A DNA stretch of 21,013 nucleotides from Candidatus Iainarchaeum sp. (GTDB taxonomy: Archaea > Iainarchaeota > Iainarchaeia > Iainarchaeales > GCA-2688035), in contig JAQTNI010000022.1 in the NCBI GenBank assembly GCA_028713935.1, forward strand, positions 1-21,013, written 5' to 3'. Both the position numbers and the translations under genes were made by a program. Positions 1-6,601 of this stretch are shown piece after piece. Position 1 is the first letter of the stretch, and each line of letters starts with the position of its first letter. Under the pieces are notes generated by a model. That model worked only from the letters and a program-made list of their open reading frames with translations. It ran no database searches and was not told where the DNA came from.

Positions 1-959
1 CCCGCGTCAATGCCAAAAAACGGCACAGTGATGACAGAAATAATAGCCGCAAAGCCGACTACAAACATGAGTAAAAAATTTGTCAGGCCAAAATAAAGAA
101 GAAACAAGAAATTTGAGTTTTTCATTACAAACCAGAAGAGTTTTAGGTTAAGGATAATAAAAAGCAAAAGGCACGCCAAAGGCAAAAATAAAAAATAATT
201 TCCCAAAAAAGCAAACGGAATAAAAAAAACAGCGAGGAAAGCCGCAATTGCGCCGAAGCCCGCAGAAGGGGTTGTGCCGGAATTGTCAAATTTTTTTCTC
301 CCCAAAAAAAGCCGCATCCAGACAAAACACCTTTTGAAATAAAGCTTTGCGCATTTTTTGAAGGTTGGAAAGTGGTGATAAACCTGGACGTCATTCCGGA
401 TTATTATTGGGCATTTTTCAATTATTTTATAGCCAAGGACATTTTCTTCCATATGCCTGTACCTTTTGTCAAAACCGCCGATATCATCAAATACTTCCCT
501 TCTCATTGCGCCGACAGCCGGAGTGAAATAATCACAGGTCTTTATGTCCTGCACCCAGGAAAACTCCAGCAGGCCTTTATACCTCGCAAACAGCGTGGCA
601 TTTGCCGGCTCTTTGGCGTAAACGCCAATCATGCACTTGTTCGCGGGATTTTCAAAAATCTTTGCAATTTTTTCCAAAACATCCTTTTTGAGTATCACAT
701 CGGAATCAAAAAAAACAAGGATGTCTGACTTTGCCGCCTCTGCACCCGCATTCCTTGCAGCCGACTGCCCTGAATTTTTTTTAAGCCTGATGATTTTTAC
801 GGGAAAGGCTTTTATCAAATCAAGGGAATTGTCAGTGCCGCAGTCGTCAACAACAATCACTTCAAAATTGTTATGGCTTGACGCAAAAATTGATTTTACG
901 AGCTTCAAAAGCTTTTCCCCGGAATTATACGTGGGAATGACAATTGAAAGAAAAGGCAT
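1..959 (-). CDS. Family 2 glycosyltransferase with a C-terminal transmembrane region; the 3' end runs off the left edge of the window.
   Basis: This gene is absent from the supplied ORF track because it has no in-window stop. My manual minus-strand translation from the ATG at 959-957 stays open down to base 3 (319 codons). It reads MPFLSIVIPTYNSGEKLLKLVKSIFASSHNNFEVIVVDDCGTDNS...KKNSGQSAARNAGAEAAKSDILVFFDSDV...GAMRREVFDDIGGFDKRY, which is a classic GT-A/GT2 N-terminus with a DSD (DxD) motif. The last ~90 codons are hydrophobic (AIAAFLAVFFIPFAFLGNYFLFLPLACLLLFIIL and FLFLLYFGLTNFLLMFVVGFAAIISVITVPFF). The plus-strand ORFs 372-728 and 631-984 and the minus-strand ORF 143-394 are shadows of this gene. 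Confidence 0.85.
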   Translation of the reverse strand, partial: MPFLSIVIPTYNSGEKLLKLVKSIFASSHNNFEVIVVDDCGTDNSLDLIKAFPVKIIRLKKNSGQSAARNAGAEAAKSDILVFFDSDVILKKDVLEKIAKIFENPANKCMIGVYAKEPANATLFARYKGLLEFSWVQDIKTCDYFTPAVGAMRREVFDDIGGFDKRYRHMEENVLGYKIIEKCPIIIRNDVQVYHHFPTFKKCAKLYFKRCFVWMRLFLGRKKFDNSGTTPSAGFGAIAAFLAVFFIPFAFLGNYFLFLPLACLLLFIILNLKLFWFVMKNSNFLFLLYFGLTNFLLMFVVGFAAIISVITVPFFGIDA

Positions 960-984
960 TTTCCCCATGGCACCACTTAATTAG

Positions 985-994
985 GATATTATAG
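985..994 (-). promoter_or_regulatory. TATA-like box for the leftward GT2 gene.
   Basis: The minus strand reads CTATAATATC, centred about 30 nt upstream of the ATG at 959. There is no Shine-Dalgarno sequence in between. This fits an archaeal TATA box with a short or absent leader, or alternatively a bacterial -10 element. Confidence 0.3.
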
Positions 995-1060
995 CAATTA
1001 CCTTAATAGCATTTTTAAAATAATTACCAAAACCCCTGTTCGATAATTGTACAAGATGCG

Positions 1061-1076
1061 TTTATAATATTAAATA
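1061..1076 (+). promoter_or_regulatory. TATA-like box for the rmlB operon.
   Basis: TTTATAATATTAAATA lies 26-41 nt upstream of the ATG at 1102, with no purine-rich SD in the intervening sequence. It sits in the 142-nt divergent intergenic region. Confidence 0.3.
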
Positions 1077-1101
1077 ATTATGGGTTTTATACTTGGTTTG
1101 C

Positions 1102-2067
1102 ATGGAAAAAATTTTGGTAACAGGCGGCTGCGGCTTCATTGGAAGCAATTTCATACACAATTTCATGAAAAACAACCCAAATGCAAAAATAAAAAACCTT
1201 GACAAATTGACCTATGCGGGAAGGCTTGAGAATCTTGCAGATTTGGAAAAAAACAAGGATTATGAATTCATAAAAGGGGATATTTGTGATGCAGGGACAG
1301 TTGAAAAAGCAATGCAGGGCTGCGAAGCGGTTGTAAATTTTGCTGCTGAAACCCATGTTGACAGGAGCATCCAGGACAGCGATGCTTTTGTAAAAACAAA
1401 TTTTTTTGGAGTAAATGTTTTGTGTGAAGAGGCGCGAAAACAGGGAATAAAAAAATTTTGCCAAATTAGCACTGATGAAGTATACGGGCAGATTAAAAGC
1501 GGAAGCTTTACGGAAGAAAGCAAACTTAATCCGCGCAACCCGTACAGTGCTGCAAAAGCAGGCGGGGAACTGCTTGCAATGAGCTATTTTACAACTTATG
1601 GCCTGCCAGTTGTTGTGACAAGAAGCAGCAACAATTACGGGCCTTTCCAGTTTCCTGAAAAAGTAATGCCCTTGTTCATTACAAACCTTGTTTGTGGAAA
1701 AAAAGTTCCCTTGTATGGAGAGGGAAAGCAAATTCGGGACTGGCTGTATGTGGGGGACAACTGTGAGGCAATTGAATTGTGCCTCAAAAAAGGCAAAGCA
1801 GGGGAAATTTACAATATTGGGGGAGAACACGAGCTTCCCAATATTGAATTGACAAAAAAAATTTTGAAAGAAATGTCCTGCGGAGAAGAAATGATTCAGA
1901 AAGTGCCTGACAGGCTGGGCCATGATTTCAGGTACAGTTTAGACTGCAGCAAAATCAAAAAAGGGCTTGGATGGAAACAGAAAACAAAATTTGAGCAAGG
2001 CTTAAAAGAAACAGCAAAATGGTACAGGGAAAACAAAGCATGGTGGAAACCGCTGGTGAAAAAATGA
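1102..2067 (+). CDS. rmlB: dTDP-glucose 4,6-dehydratase (extended SDR).
   Basis: The product is 321 aa counted from the first ATG; the track start at 1093 is a TTG. The N-terminus has the Rossmann motif MEKILVTGGCGFIGSNF. It also carries STDEVYG and the catalytic YSAAKAGGELL (YxxxK). The C-terminal GHDFRYSLDCSKIKKGLGWKQK region is typical of RmlB/RfbB. Confidence 0.9.
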   Translation: MEKILVTGGCGFIGSNFIHNFMKNNPNAKIKNLDKLTYAGRLENLADLEKNKDYEFIKGDICDAGTVEKAMQGCEAVVNFAAETHVDRSIQDSDAFVKTNFFGVNVLCEEARKQGIKKFCQISTDEVYGQIKSGSFTEESKLNPRNPYSAAKAGGELLAMSYFTTYGLPVVVTRSSNNYGPFQFPEKVMPLFITNLVCGKKVPLYGEGKQIRDWLYVGDNCEAIELCLKKGKAGEIYNIGGEHELPNIELTKKILKEMSCGEEMIQKVPDRLGHDFRYSLDCSKIKKGLGWKQKTKFEQGLKETAKWYRENKAWWKPLVKK

Positions 2068-2462
2068 AACAAAATTTCCAGGTTATCCAAAAAGCAGAAA
2101 TAAAAAAAGGGAAAAAATTCCTTGTTATGAAAAGGGCTCCAACAGCGAGGGCTTATCCAAATCGCTGGGATTTTCCAGGAGGAAAAATGGAGCATGGAGA
2201 AAACCCGTACAAAGCAATTGAAAGAGAAATAAAAGAAGAAACAAATTTCAAGGCAAAAGCATTAAGGCCAGAATTTGTCTTTTCAGAAAAATTTTCTGAC
2301 CATTACAATGTGTTTATTTTTTACAAATGCAAACAGATTTCAGGAAAAATAAAAATAAGCGAAGAACACACGGAGCACAAATGGGCTTCAAAAAAAGAAA
2401 TAATGAAAATGAAATTGGAAACATCTTTGAGAGAATATTTAAAAATAAGGAGAGGTAATTGA
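2064..2462 (+). CDS. NUDIX hydrolase.
   Basis: The product is 132 aa from the ATG at 2064, which overlaps the rmlB TGA (ATGA). The Nudix box GKMEHGENPYKAIEREIKEETNF fits Gx5Ex7REUxEE; the final G of the consensus is N here. Confidence 0.85.
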   Translation: MKQNFQVIQKAEIKKGKKFLVMKRAPTARAYPNRWDFPGGKMEHGENPYKAIEREIKEETNFKAKALRPEFVFSEKFSDHYNVFIFYKCKQISGKIKISEEHTEHKWASKKEIMKMKLETSLREYLKIRRGN

Positions 2463-2463
2463 A

Positions 2464-3231
2464 ATGGTTTTGAAAGGAGTTATTTTGGCTGGCGGGACTG
2501 CGCAGAGTCTGAAGCCCTTGACTTCAGCTACGAACAAGCATCTTTTGCCGATTTACAACAAGCCAATGATTTTTTATCCGATTGAAATGCTGAAAAGCGC
2601 TGGCGTGAAAGACATACTGATTATTACTGGCACTTACCATGCAGGCGCAATTTTCCAGTTATTGGGAAGCGGAAAAGATTTCGGAGTAAAATTCACTTAT
2701 CGCGTGCAGGATGAGGCAGGGGGAATCCCGTCCGCAATTGCGCTTGCAGAGGAATTTGTGGGAAAAGACAAATTCGTTTCAATCAACGGAGACAACATTG
2801 TTTTTGAATCGCTCAGGCCTTTTGCGGAAGAATTTGAAAGGAACAGGGAAGAAATGCAGATACTGTTATACAAGGGAACAATTGAAGAGGCAAAAAAATC
2901 CGGAGTTGCCGTTACAAAAGGAAATTCGGTTATTGAGGTAATTGAAAAGCCAAAAGAGCCTCAGAGCAGCAATATTATTGTTGGAATTTATTTCATGAGC
3001 CCGAATGTTTTTGAAGTAATAAAAAAACTCAAGCCTTCAGGAAGAGGGGAAACTGAAATAACAGATGTGCAAAGGCATTACCTGCAAAAAAAATCCCTGC
3101 GTGCTGAATTCCTGAAGGGAAAATGGCTTGATGCGGGGGACTTTGAGGATTTAATGCATGCAAACATTGAAACATACAATTTATGCAGGGACAACGGCTC
3201 GGATGCCTATACAAAAAAAATCTGCAAATAG
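2464..3231 (+). CDS. rmlA: Sugar-1-phosphate nucleotidyltransferase, a short RmlA-like (glucose-1-phosphate thymidylyltransferase family) protein with an atypical signature loop.
   Basis: The product is 255 aa. AAGGAGAGGT lies 8 nt upstream of the ATG. The N-terminus VLKGVILAGGTAQSLKPLTSATNKHLLPIYNKPMIFYPIEML aligns to the RmlA N-terminus, and the later GDNI and WLDAGD motifs are present. The canonical GGSGTRL loop reads GGTAQSL here. Confidence 0.7.
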   Translation: MVLKGVILAGGTAQSLKPLTSATNKHLLPIYNKPMIFYPIEMLKSAGVKDILIITGTYHAGAIFQLLGSGKDFGVKFTYRVQDEAGGIPSAIALAEEFVGKDKFVSINGDNIVFESLRPFAEEFERNREEMQILLYKGTIEEAKKSGVAVTKGNSVIEVIEKPKEPQSSNIIVGIYFMSPNVFEVIKKLKPSGRGETEITDVQRHYLQKKSLRAEFLKGKWLDAGDFEDLMHANIETYNLCRDNGSDAYTKKICK

Positions 3232-3258
3232 AAAGAAAAATTTTTTTGAGTGCCGATT

Positions 3259-4701
3259 ATGCGAATTTTAATGTTAAACCCGCCTTTTATCCCGAAGTAT
3301 TCGCGTTCTTCAAGAAGCCCGGCTGTTACAAAAGGAGGCACAATTTATTACCCTTTGTGGCTTGCATATGCAACAGGAGTTCTTGAAGAAGCAGGGCATG
3401 AAGTAAAACTGATTGATGCGCCAGCAGAGCCGTTGAGTGAAGGGCAGGTGCTTGAAATTGCAAAAGAATTTTCGCCGCAGTTATGCGTGCTTGACACAAG
3501 CACTGCAAGCATTCACAATGACGTGAAAATTCTTGAGAGAATAAAAAAAGAGATTCCCTGCTTTGGAGTTTTGGTCGGGCCGCATGTAAGCGCTTTGCCT
3601 GCCGAGACAATGAAAATGAGCAATGCAATTGATGCTGTCTGTGTCCAGGAATATGATTATACCCTGAGAGAACTGGCAGAAGAGCTTGAAAAGAAAAAAG
3701 CGAATTTATTGAAAATAAGGGGCATTGTTTACAGGAACAAAAAAAAGGTCATTTCAAATAAGTTAAGGGAAAAAATAAGGAATCTTGATGAACTGCCCTT
3801 TGTCAGCAGTGTTTACAAAAAGCACTTGGATTACAAAAAATATTTTTACAGTGCGAACCGCTGGCCTGAAATAACAATTGTAACAGGCAGGGGCTGCCCT
3901 TTCAGCTGCAAGTTCTGCAATTGGACCCAAAACCTTCAAACAGGCCCTTACAGGAAAAGAAGCATCCGGAATGTAATTGAGGAATTGAAGTTTATCCAAG
4001 AAAATTTCAAGGGAGTAAAGGAAATTTTTTTGGAGGATGACACTTTTACTGCAGACCCTGCAAGGGCAGAGGAATTCTGCAGGGCAAAAATTGCAGCAAA
4101 AATCAATATTCCCTGGAGCTGCAATGCAAGGGCAGATGTAAAAAAAGAAACACTAAAATTGATGAAAAAGGCCGGGTGCAGGCTTTTGTGCGTTGGCTTT
4201 GAATCAGGCAGCCAGGGTGTGCTGAATGAAATAAGAAAAGGCACAACTCCCAATGGAATGATGGAATTTGTTGGAAATGCAAAAAAAGCCGGAATTTTGG
4301 TGCATGGCTGCTTTATGATTGGAAACCCGCTTGACAATGCTGAGACAATTGCGGCAACAATTGAGCTCGCAAAAAAGCTCAATCCTGACACTGCACAATT
4401 TTTTCCAATAATGGTTTATCCTGGAACAGCAACATATGATTATTTCAGGCAGAAAGGTTATCTTACAACAGAGGATTTCAGCAAATGGGTTGATGAAAAA
4501 GGCTGGCATAACTGCATTGTCAGCATGCCTGGCTTGTCAAACAGGGAAATGATTGCCTGGTGCGATGAAGCGAGAAAAAAATTTTATTTGCGGCCAGGGT
4601 ATGTTGCGGGCAAATTTTTTCAGGTAATAAAAAATCCCGCGGAATTTCCAAGAGTGTTGAAGGCAAGCAGGGCTTTTTTCAAATACCTGGCAAAAAAATA
4701 G
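3259..4701 (+). CDS. B12-binding-domain radical SAM protein (class B / COG1032-like), paralogue of the gene at 19183-20604.
   Basis: The product is 480 aa from the ATG at 3259; the track start at 3250 is a GTG. The N-terminus MRILMLNPPF...YPLWLAYATGVLEEAGHEVKLIDAP is typical of the cobalamin-binding Rossmann domain of this family. The radical SAM cluster motif is GRGCPFSCKFCNW (Cx3Cx2C), followed by FESGSQGVLNEIRKG. Confidence 0.85.
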   Translation: MRILMLNPPFIPKYSRSSRSPAVTKGGTIYYPLWLAYATGVLEEAGHEVKLIDAPAEPLSEGQVLEIAKEFSPQLCVLDTSTASIHNDVKILERIKKEIPCFGVLVGPHVSALPAETMKMSNAIDAVCVQEYDYTLRELAEELEKKKANLLKIRGIVYRNKKKVISNKLREKIRNLDELPFVSSVYKKHLDYKKYFYSANRWPEITIVTGRGCPFSCKFCNWTQNLQTGPYRKRSIRNVIEELKFIQENFKGVKEIFLEDDTFTADPARAEEFCRAKIAAKINIPWSCNARADVKKETLKLMKKAGCRLLCVGFESGSQGVLNEIRKGTTPNGMMEFVGNAKKAGILVHGCFMIGNPLDNAETIAATIELAKKLNPDTAQFFPIMVYPGTATYDYFRQKGYLTTEDFSKWVDEKGWHNCIVSMPGLSNREMIAWCDEARKKFYLRPGYVAGKFFQVIKNPAEFPRVLKASRAFFKYLAKK

Positions 4702-4710
4702 GTGGTTAAA

Positions 4711-5337
4711 ATGCAGGGATTCAATGCAAAGGAATTTTCAGCGCATTCGCAGATAGTGGCGCTTGCTGGCAAAAACAGGAAAATACTGGAATTTGGCTGC
4801 GGAAAAGGCTTTGTTTCGGAACAATTGCAGAAAAACTGCAACAAGGTCACTGCAATAGAAATCGACACTGAAAGCGCAGGGCAGGCTGAAAAATTCTGCG
4901 AAAAAATAATTCTGGGAAACATTGAAAAAATTGATTTTGAAAAAATCGGAAAGGATTTTGATGCCGCAATTTTTGCTGATGTCCTTGAACATTTGAAAAA
5001 TCCAGAAGAAACCATTGCAAAAACAAAAAAATTGCTTTCCCTTGAAGGAAAAATAATTGTTTCAGTGCCGAATATTGCAAACTGGAAAATCAGATTTGGA
5101 TTGCTGCTTGGAAAATTTGATTATGCAAAGCAGGGAATTCTTGACAAAACACACCTAAAATTTTTCACCTTGAAGACAATTAAAAAGGCAATTGAAAACT
5201 CTGGCTTTGAAATTGAAAAAATTTCTTCTGTGCCAAGCGCGCCAGTGCCTTCGATGGCACTGAAAAAAGCCCTGTCAAAAATTTTTCCCGGGGCGTTTTC
5301 ATTCCAGTTTATTATTCTTGCAAGGGTGAAAAAGTGA
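4711..5337 (+). CDS. Class I SAM-dependent methyltransferase.
   Basis: The product is 208 aa from the ATG at 4711, with GGTGG 5-9 nt upstream. Motif I is ILEFGCGKGFVSEQL. The acidic loop is TAIEID. The post-I/III region is DAAIFADVLEHLKNPEE...GKIIVSVPN. Confidence 0.85.
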   Translation: MQGFNAKEFSAHSQIVALAGKNRKILEFGCGKGFVSEQLQKNCNKVTAIEIDTESAGQAEKFCEKIILGNIEKIDFEKIGKDFDAAIFADVLEHLKNPEETIAKTKKLLSLEGKIIVSVPNIANWKIRFGLLLGKFDYAKQGILDKTHLKFFTLKTIKKAIENSGFEIEKISSVPSAPVPSMALKKALSKIFPGAFSFQFIILARVKK

Positions 5338-5343
5338 TTGACC

Positions 5344-5418
5344 TGTTTACCAAAGATTCAAGATTCTTTCTTTTTGGCACCCTACATTTTTCTTTCTTCC
5401 CAAGAAAGAAAAAGGCGG
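5344..5418 (+). repeat. Conserved 75-nt intergenic element, copy 1, containing Py-tract A, an 11-nt linker, Py-tract B, a CCC loop and Pu-tract C.
   Basis: A is 5364-5375 TTCTTTCTTTTT. The linker is 5376-5386 GGCACCCTACA. B is 5387-5398 TTTTTCTTTCTT. The loop is 5399-5401 CCC. C is 5402-5413 AAGAAAGAAAAA. B and C form a perfect 12-bp inverted repeat, and A is the exact mirror of B. An ungapped alignment to the reverse complement of 19089-19163 gives 54/75 identities. The element is followed by GGCGGAGGTG (SD-like, 5414-5423) and the ATG at 5429. Confidence 0.75.
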
Positions 5419-5428
5419 AGGTGCGAAA

Positions 5429-6601
5429 ATGAAAGCCAGCGTAATAATCCCAGCTTACAATGCGGAAAAAACAATCGGGCAATGCCTTGAAGCACTTGAA
5501 AAGCAGGCCTTTGGAAATTTTGAAGTTATTGTTGTTGATGATGGGAGCAAAGACAAAACAGCGGAAATAGTTGAAAAATTCAAAGGCACAAAATTGCTGC
5601 GGCAGAAAAATTCCGGGCCAGCAGCTGCAAGAAACCTCGGGGCAAAAAGCGCGAAAGGCGAAATAATTGTTTTCACTGATTCTGACTGCATTGCCGAAAA
5701 AAATTTTCTGGATGAAATTTTGGCGCCTTTTTCAGACAAAAGAGTCGCGGGAGTGCAGGGCAAATACAAAAGCAGGCAAAAAGAAGATTTCGCAGTCATA
5801 ACACAAGAAGAAATAGAGCACAGACATAAAAAAATAGAATCAAAACTCATCGACTCAATAGGGAGCTACGCTGCTGCTTACCGCAAAGATGTTTTTGAAA
5901 TGATGGGGGGTTTTGACACTAGCTTTCCAAAAGCATCTGGTGAAGATACTGATTTGAGTTATCGCATAAGTGAAGCAGGATATAAAATGGTTTTTGCAGA
6001 AAAAGCAATTGTCTGGCATACCCACCCAAACACATTACGTAAATATCTCGAAGTAAAATTTCTTAGGGCCTTTTGGAGAATCAAGGTTTATGGAAAACAT
6101 AAACAAAAAACTGTTCATGACTCGTACACATCAACAGCTATGAAGGCTCAAATTATAGCAATGGCTGGAATTTTAATCTTCAGCCTATTGACCGTGCTTG
6201 CGTTGGCGATTAAAGACACTGAACTGCTCCTTGTATTGACTATCATAATGGCAATGTTTTCAATAATATTCATTCTAAGCTTTTTCGCATTCATAATTAG
6301 ATTAGCAAAACATGAAGAAGGCAAAGCGATCCTTTTATTTGCAGTATTTTATTTTGGATTATGTGCCTGTTTGCTTAACTATTCCACAACAAATACAAGC
6401 ATATTAACACAAGTATTGTGGGTGGCAGTAGTAATCTCAATTGCTGCAATATTCGTGTCAAGCGCATCTTTCTTCTGGTACTTATGGAAAAAAAATAAGA
6501 GAATAGCCGTGATTTTCGAGTTAACGCTACTATTAAGAACAGGGGCCTTTCTAGCAGGCATTGTCGCGGGAACAATTCGGCAGGTGCGTAATTCTATATG
6601 A
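5429..6601 (+). CDS. Family 2 glycosyltransferase fused to a C-terminal polytopic membrane domain.
   Basis: The product is 390 aa. The N-terminal part reads MKASVIIPAYNAEKTIGQCLEAL...FEVIVVDDGSKDKT...NSGPAAARNLGA...IIVFTDSDC (DxD)...GEDTDLSYR. After residue ~235 there are about 5 hydrophobic helices: IIAMAGILIFSLLTVLALAI, LLLVLTIIMAMFSIIFILSFFAFII, AILLFAVFYFGLCACLL, VLWVAVVISIAAIFVSSASFFWYLW and IAVIFELTLLLRTGAFLAGIVAG. Confidence 0.85.
   Translation: MKASVIIPAYNAEKTIGQCLEALEKQAFGNFEVIVVDDGSKDKTAEIVEKFKGTKLLRQKNSGPAAARNLGAKSAKGEIIVFTDSDCIAEKNFLDEILAPFSDKRVAGVQGKYKSRQKEDFAVITQEEIEHRHKKIESKLIDSIGSYAAAYRKDVFEMMGGFDTSFPKASGEDTDLSYRISEAGYKMVFAEKAIVWHTHPNTLRKYLEVKFLRAFWRIKVYGKHKQKTVHDSYTSTAMKAQIIAMAGILIFSLLTVLALAIKDTELLLVLTIIMAMFSIIFILSFFAFIIRLAKHEEGKAILLFAVFYFGLCACLLNYSTTNTSILTQVLWVAVVISIAAIFVSSASFFWYLWKKNKRIAVIFELTLLLRTGAFLAGIVAGTIRQVRNSI

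Noticed and set aside
372-984. The plus-strand track ORFs 372-728 (118 aa) and 631-984 (117 aa), and the minus-strand ORF 143-394 (83 aa).
   Set aside because: They overlap the much longer, motif-rich minus-strand GT2 reading frame (1-959), which the track omitted because it has no in-window stop. Their products are low-complexity with no recognisable motifs, so they are shadow or out-of-frame ORFs.
996-1027. The short direct repeat AATTACC (twice) in the divergent GT2/rmlB intergenic region, considered as a possible regulator site.
   Set aside because: A 7-nt repeat in AT-rich intergenic DNA is within chance expectation. It has no dyad symmetry and does not recur in the other promoter regions of the window.
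1087-1923. A 278-aa minus-strand ORF antisense to rmlB. Similar long antisense ORFs occur at 7408-8124 (238 aa), 14906-15532 (208 aa), 19438-19965 (175 aa), 6379-6867 (162 aa) and 3948-4391 (147 aa).
   Set aside because: Each lies fully inside a sense gene with strong family motifs. Their Phe/Leu/Ser-rich, motif-free translations are what antisense reading of Lys/Glu-rich (AAA/GAA) coding sequence produces, and stop codons are depleted on the antisense strand of such sequence.
3229-3247. The purine tract AGAAAGAAAAA followed by T7 at the rmlA-like/radical SAM junction, whose 10-nt core is identical to tract C of the 75-nt element. It was considered as a possible third copy.
   Set aside because: Only the purine tract is shared. 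There is no GGCACCCTACA linker, no mirror pyrimidine tracts and no conserved flank. A 10-nt A/G-rich match is expected by chance in this Lys/Glu-rich, AT-rich sequence.
5387-5413. The 12-bp hairpin TTTTTCTTTCTT-CCC-AAGAAAGAAAAA read as a rho-independent terminator for the upstream genes.
   Set aside because: The stem is A/U-rich with only two G-C pairs. It is followed by GGCGGAGGTG, not a U-tract. Read on the opposite strand it is also not followed by a T-run. The T5 runs inside the element could still act as archaeal oligo-T termination signals, and this is listed as the alternative explanation in the finding.
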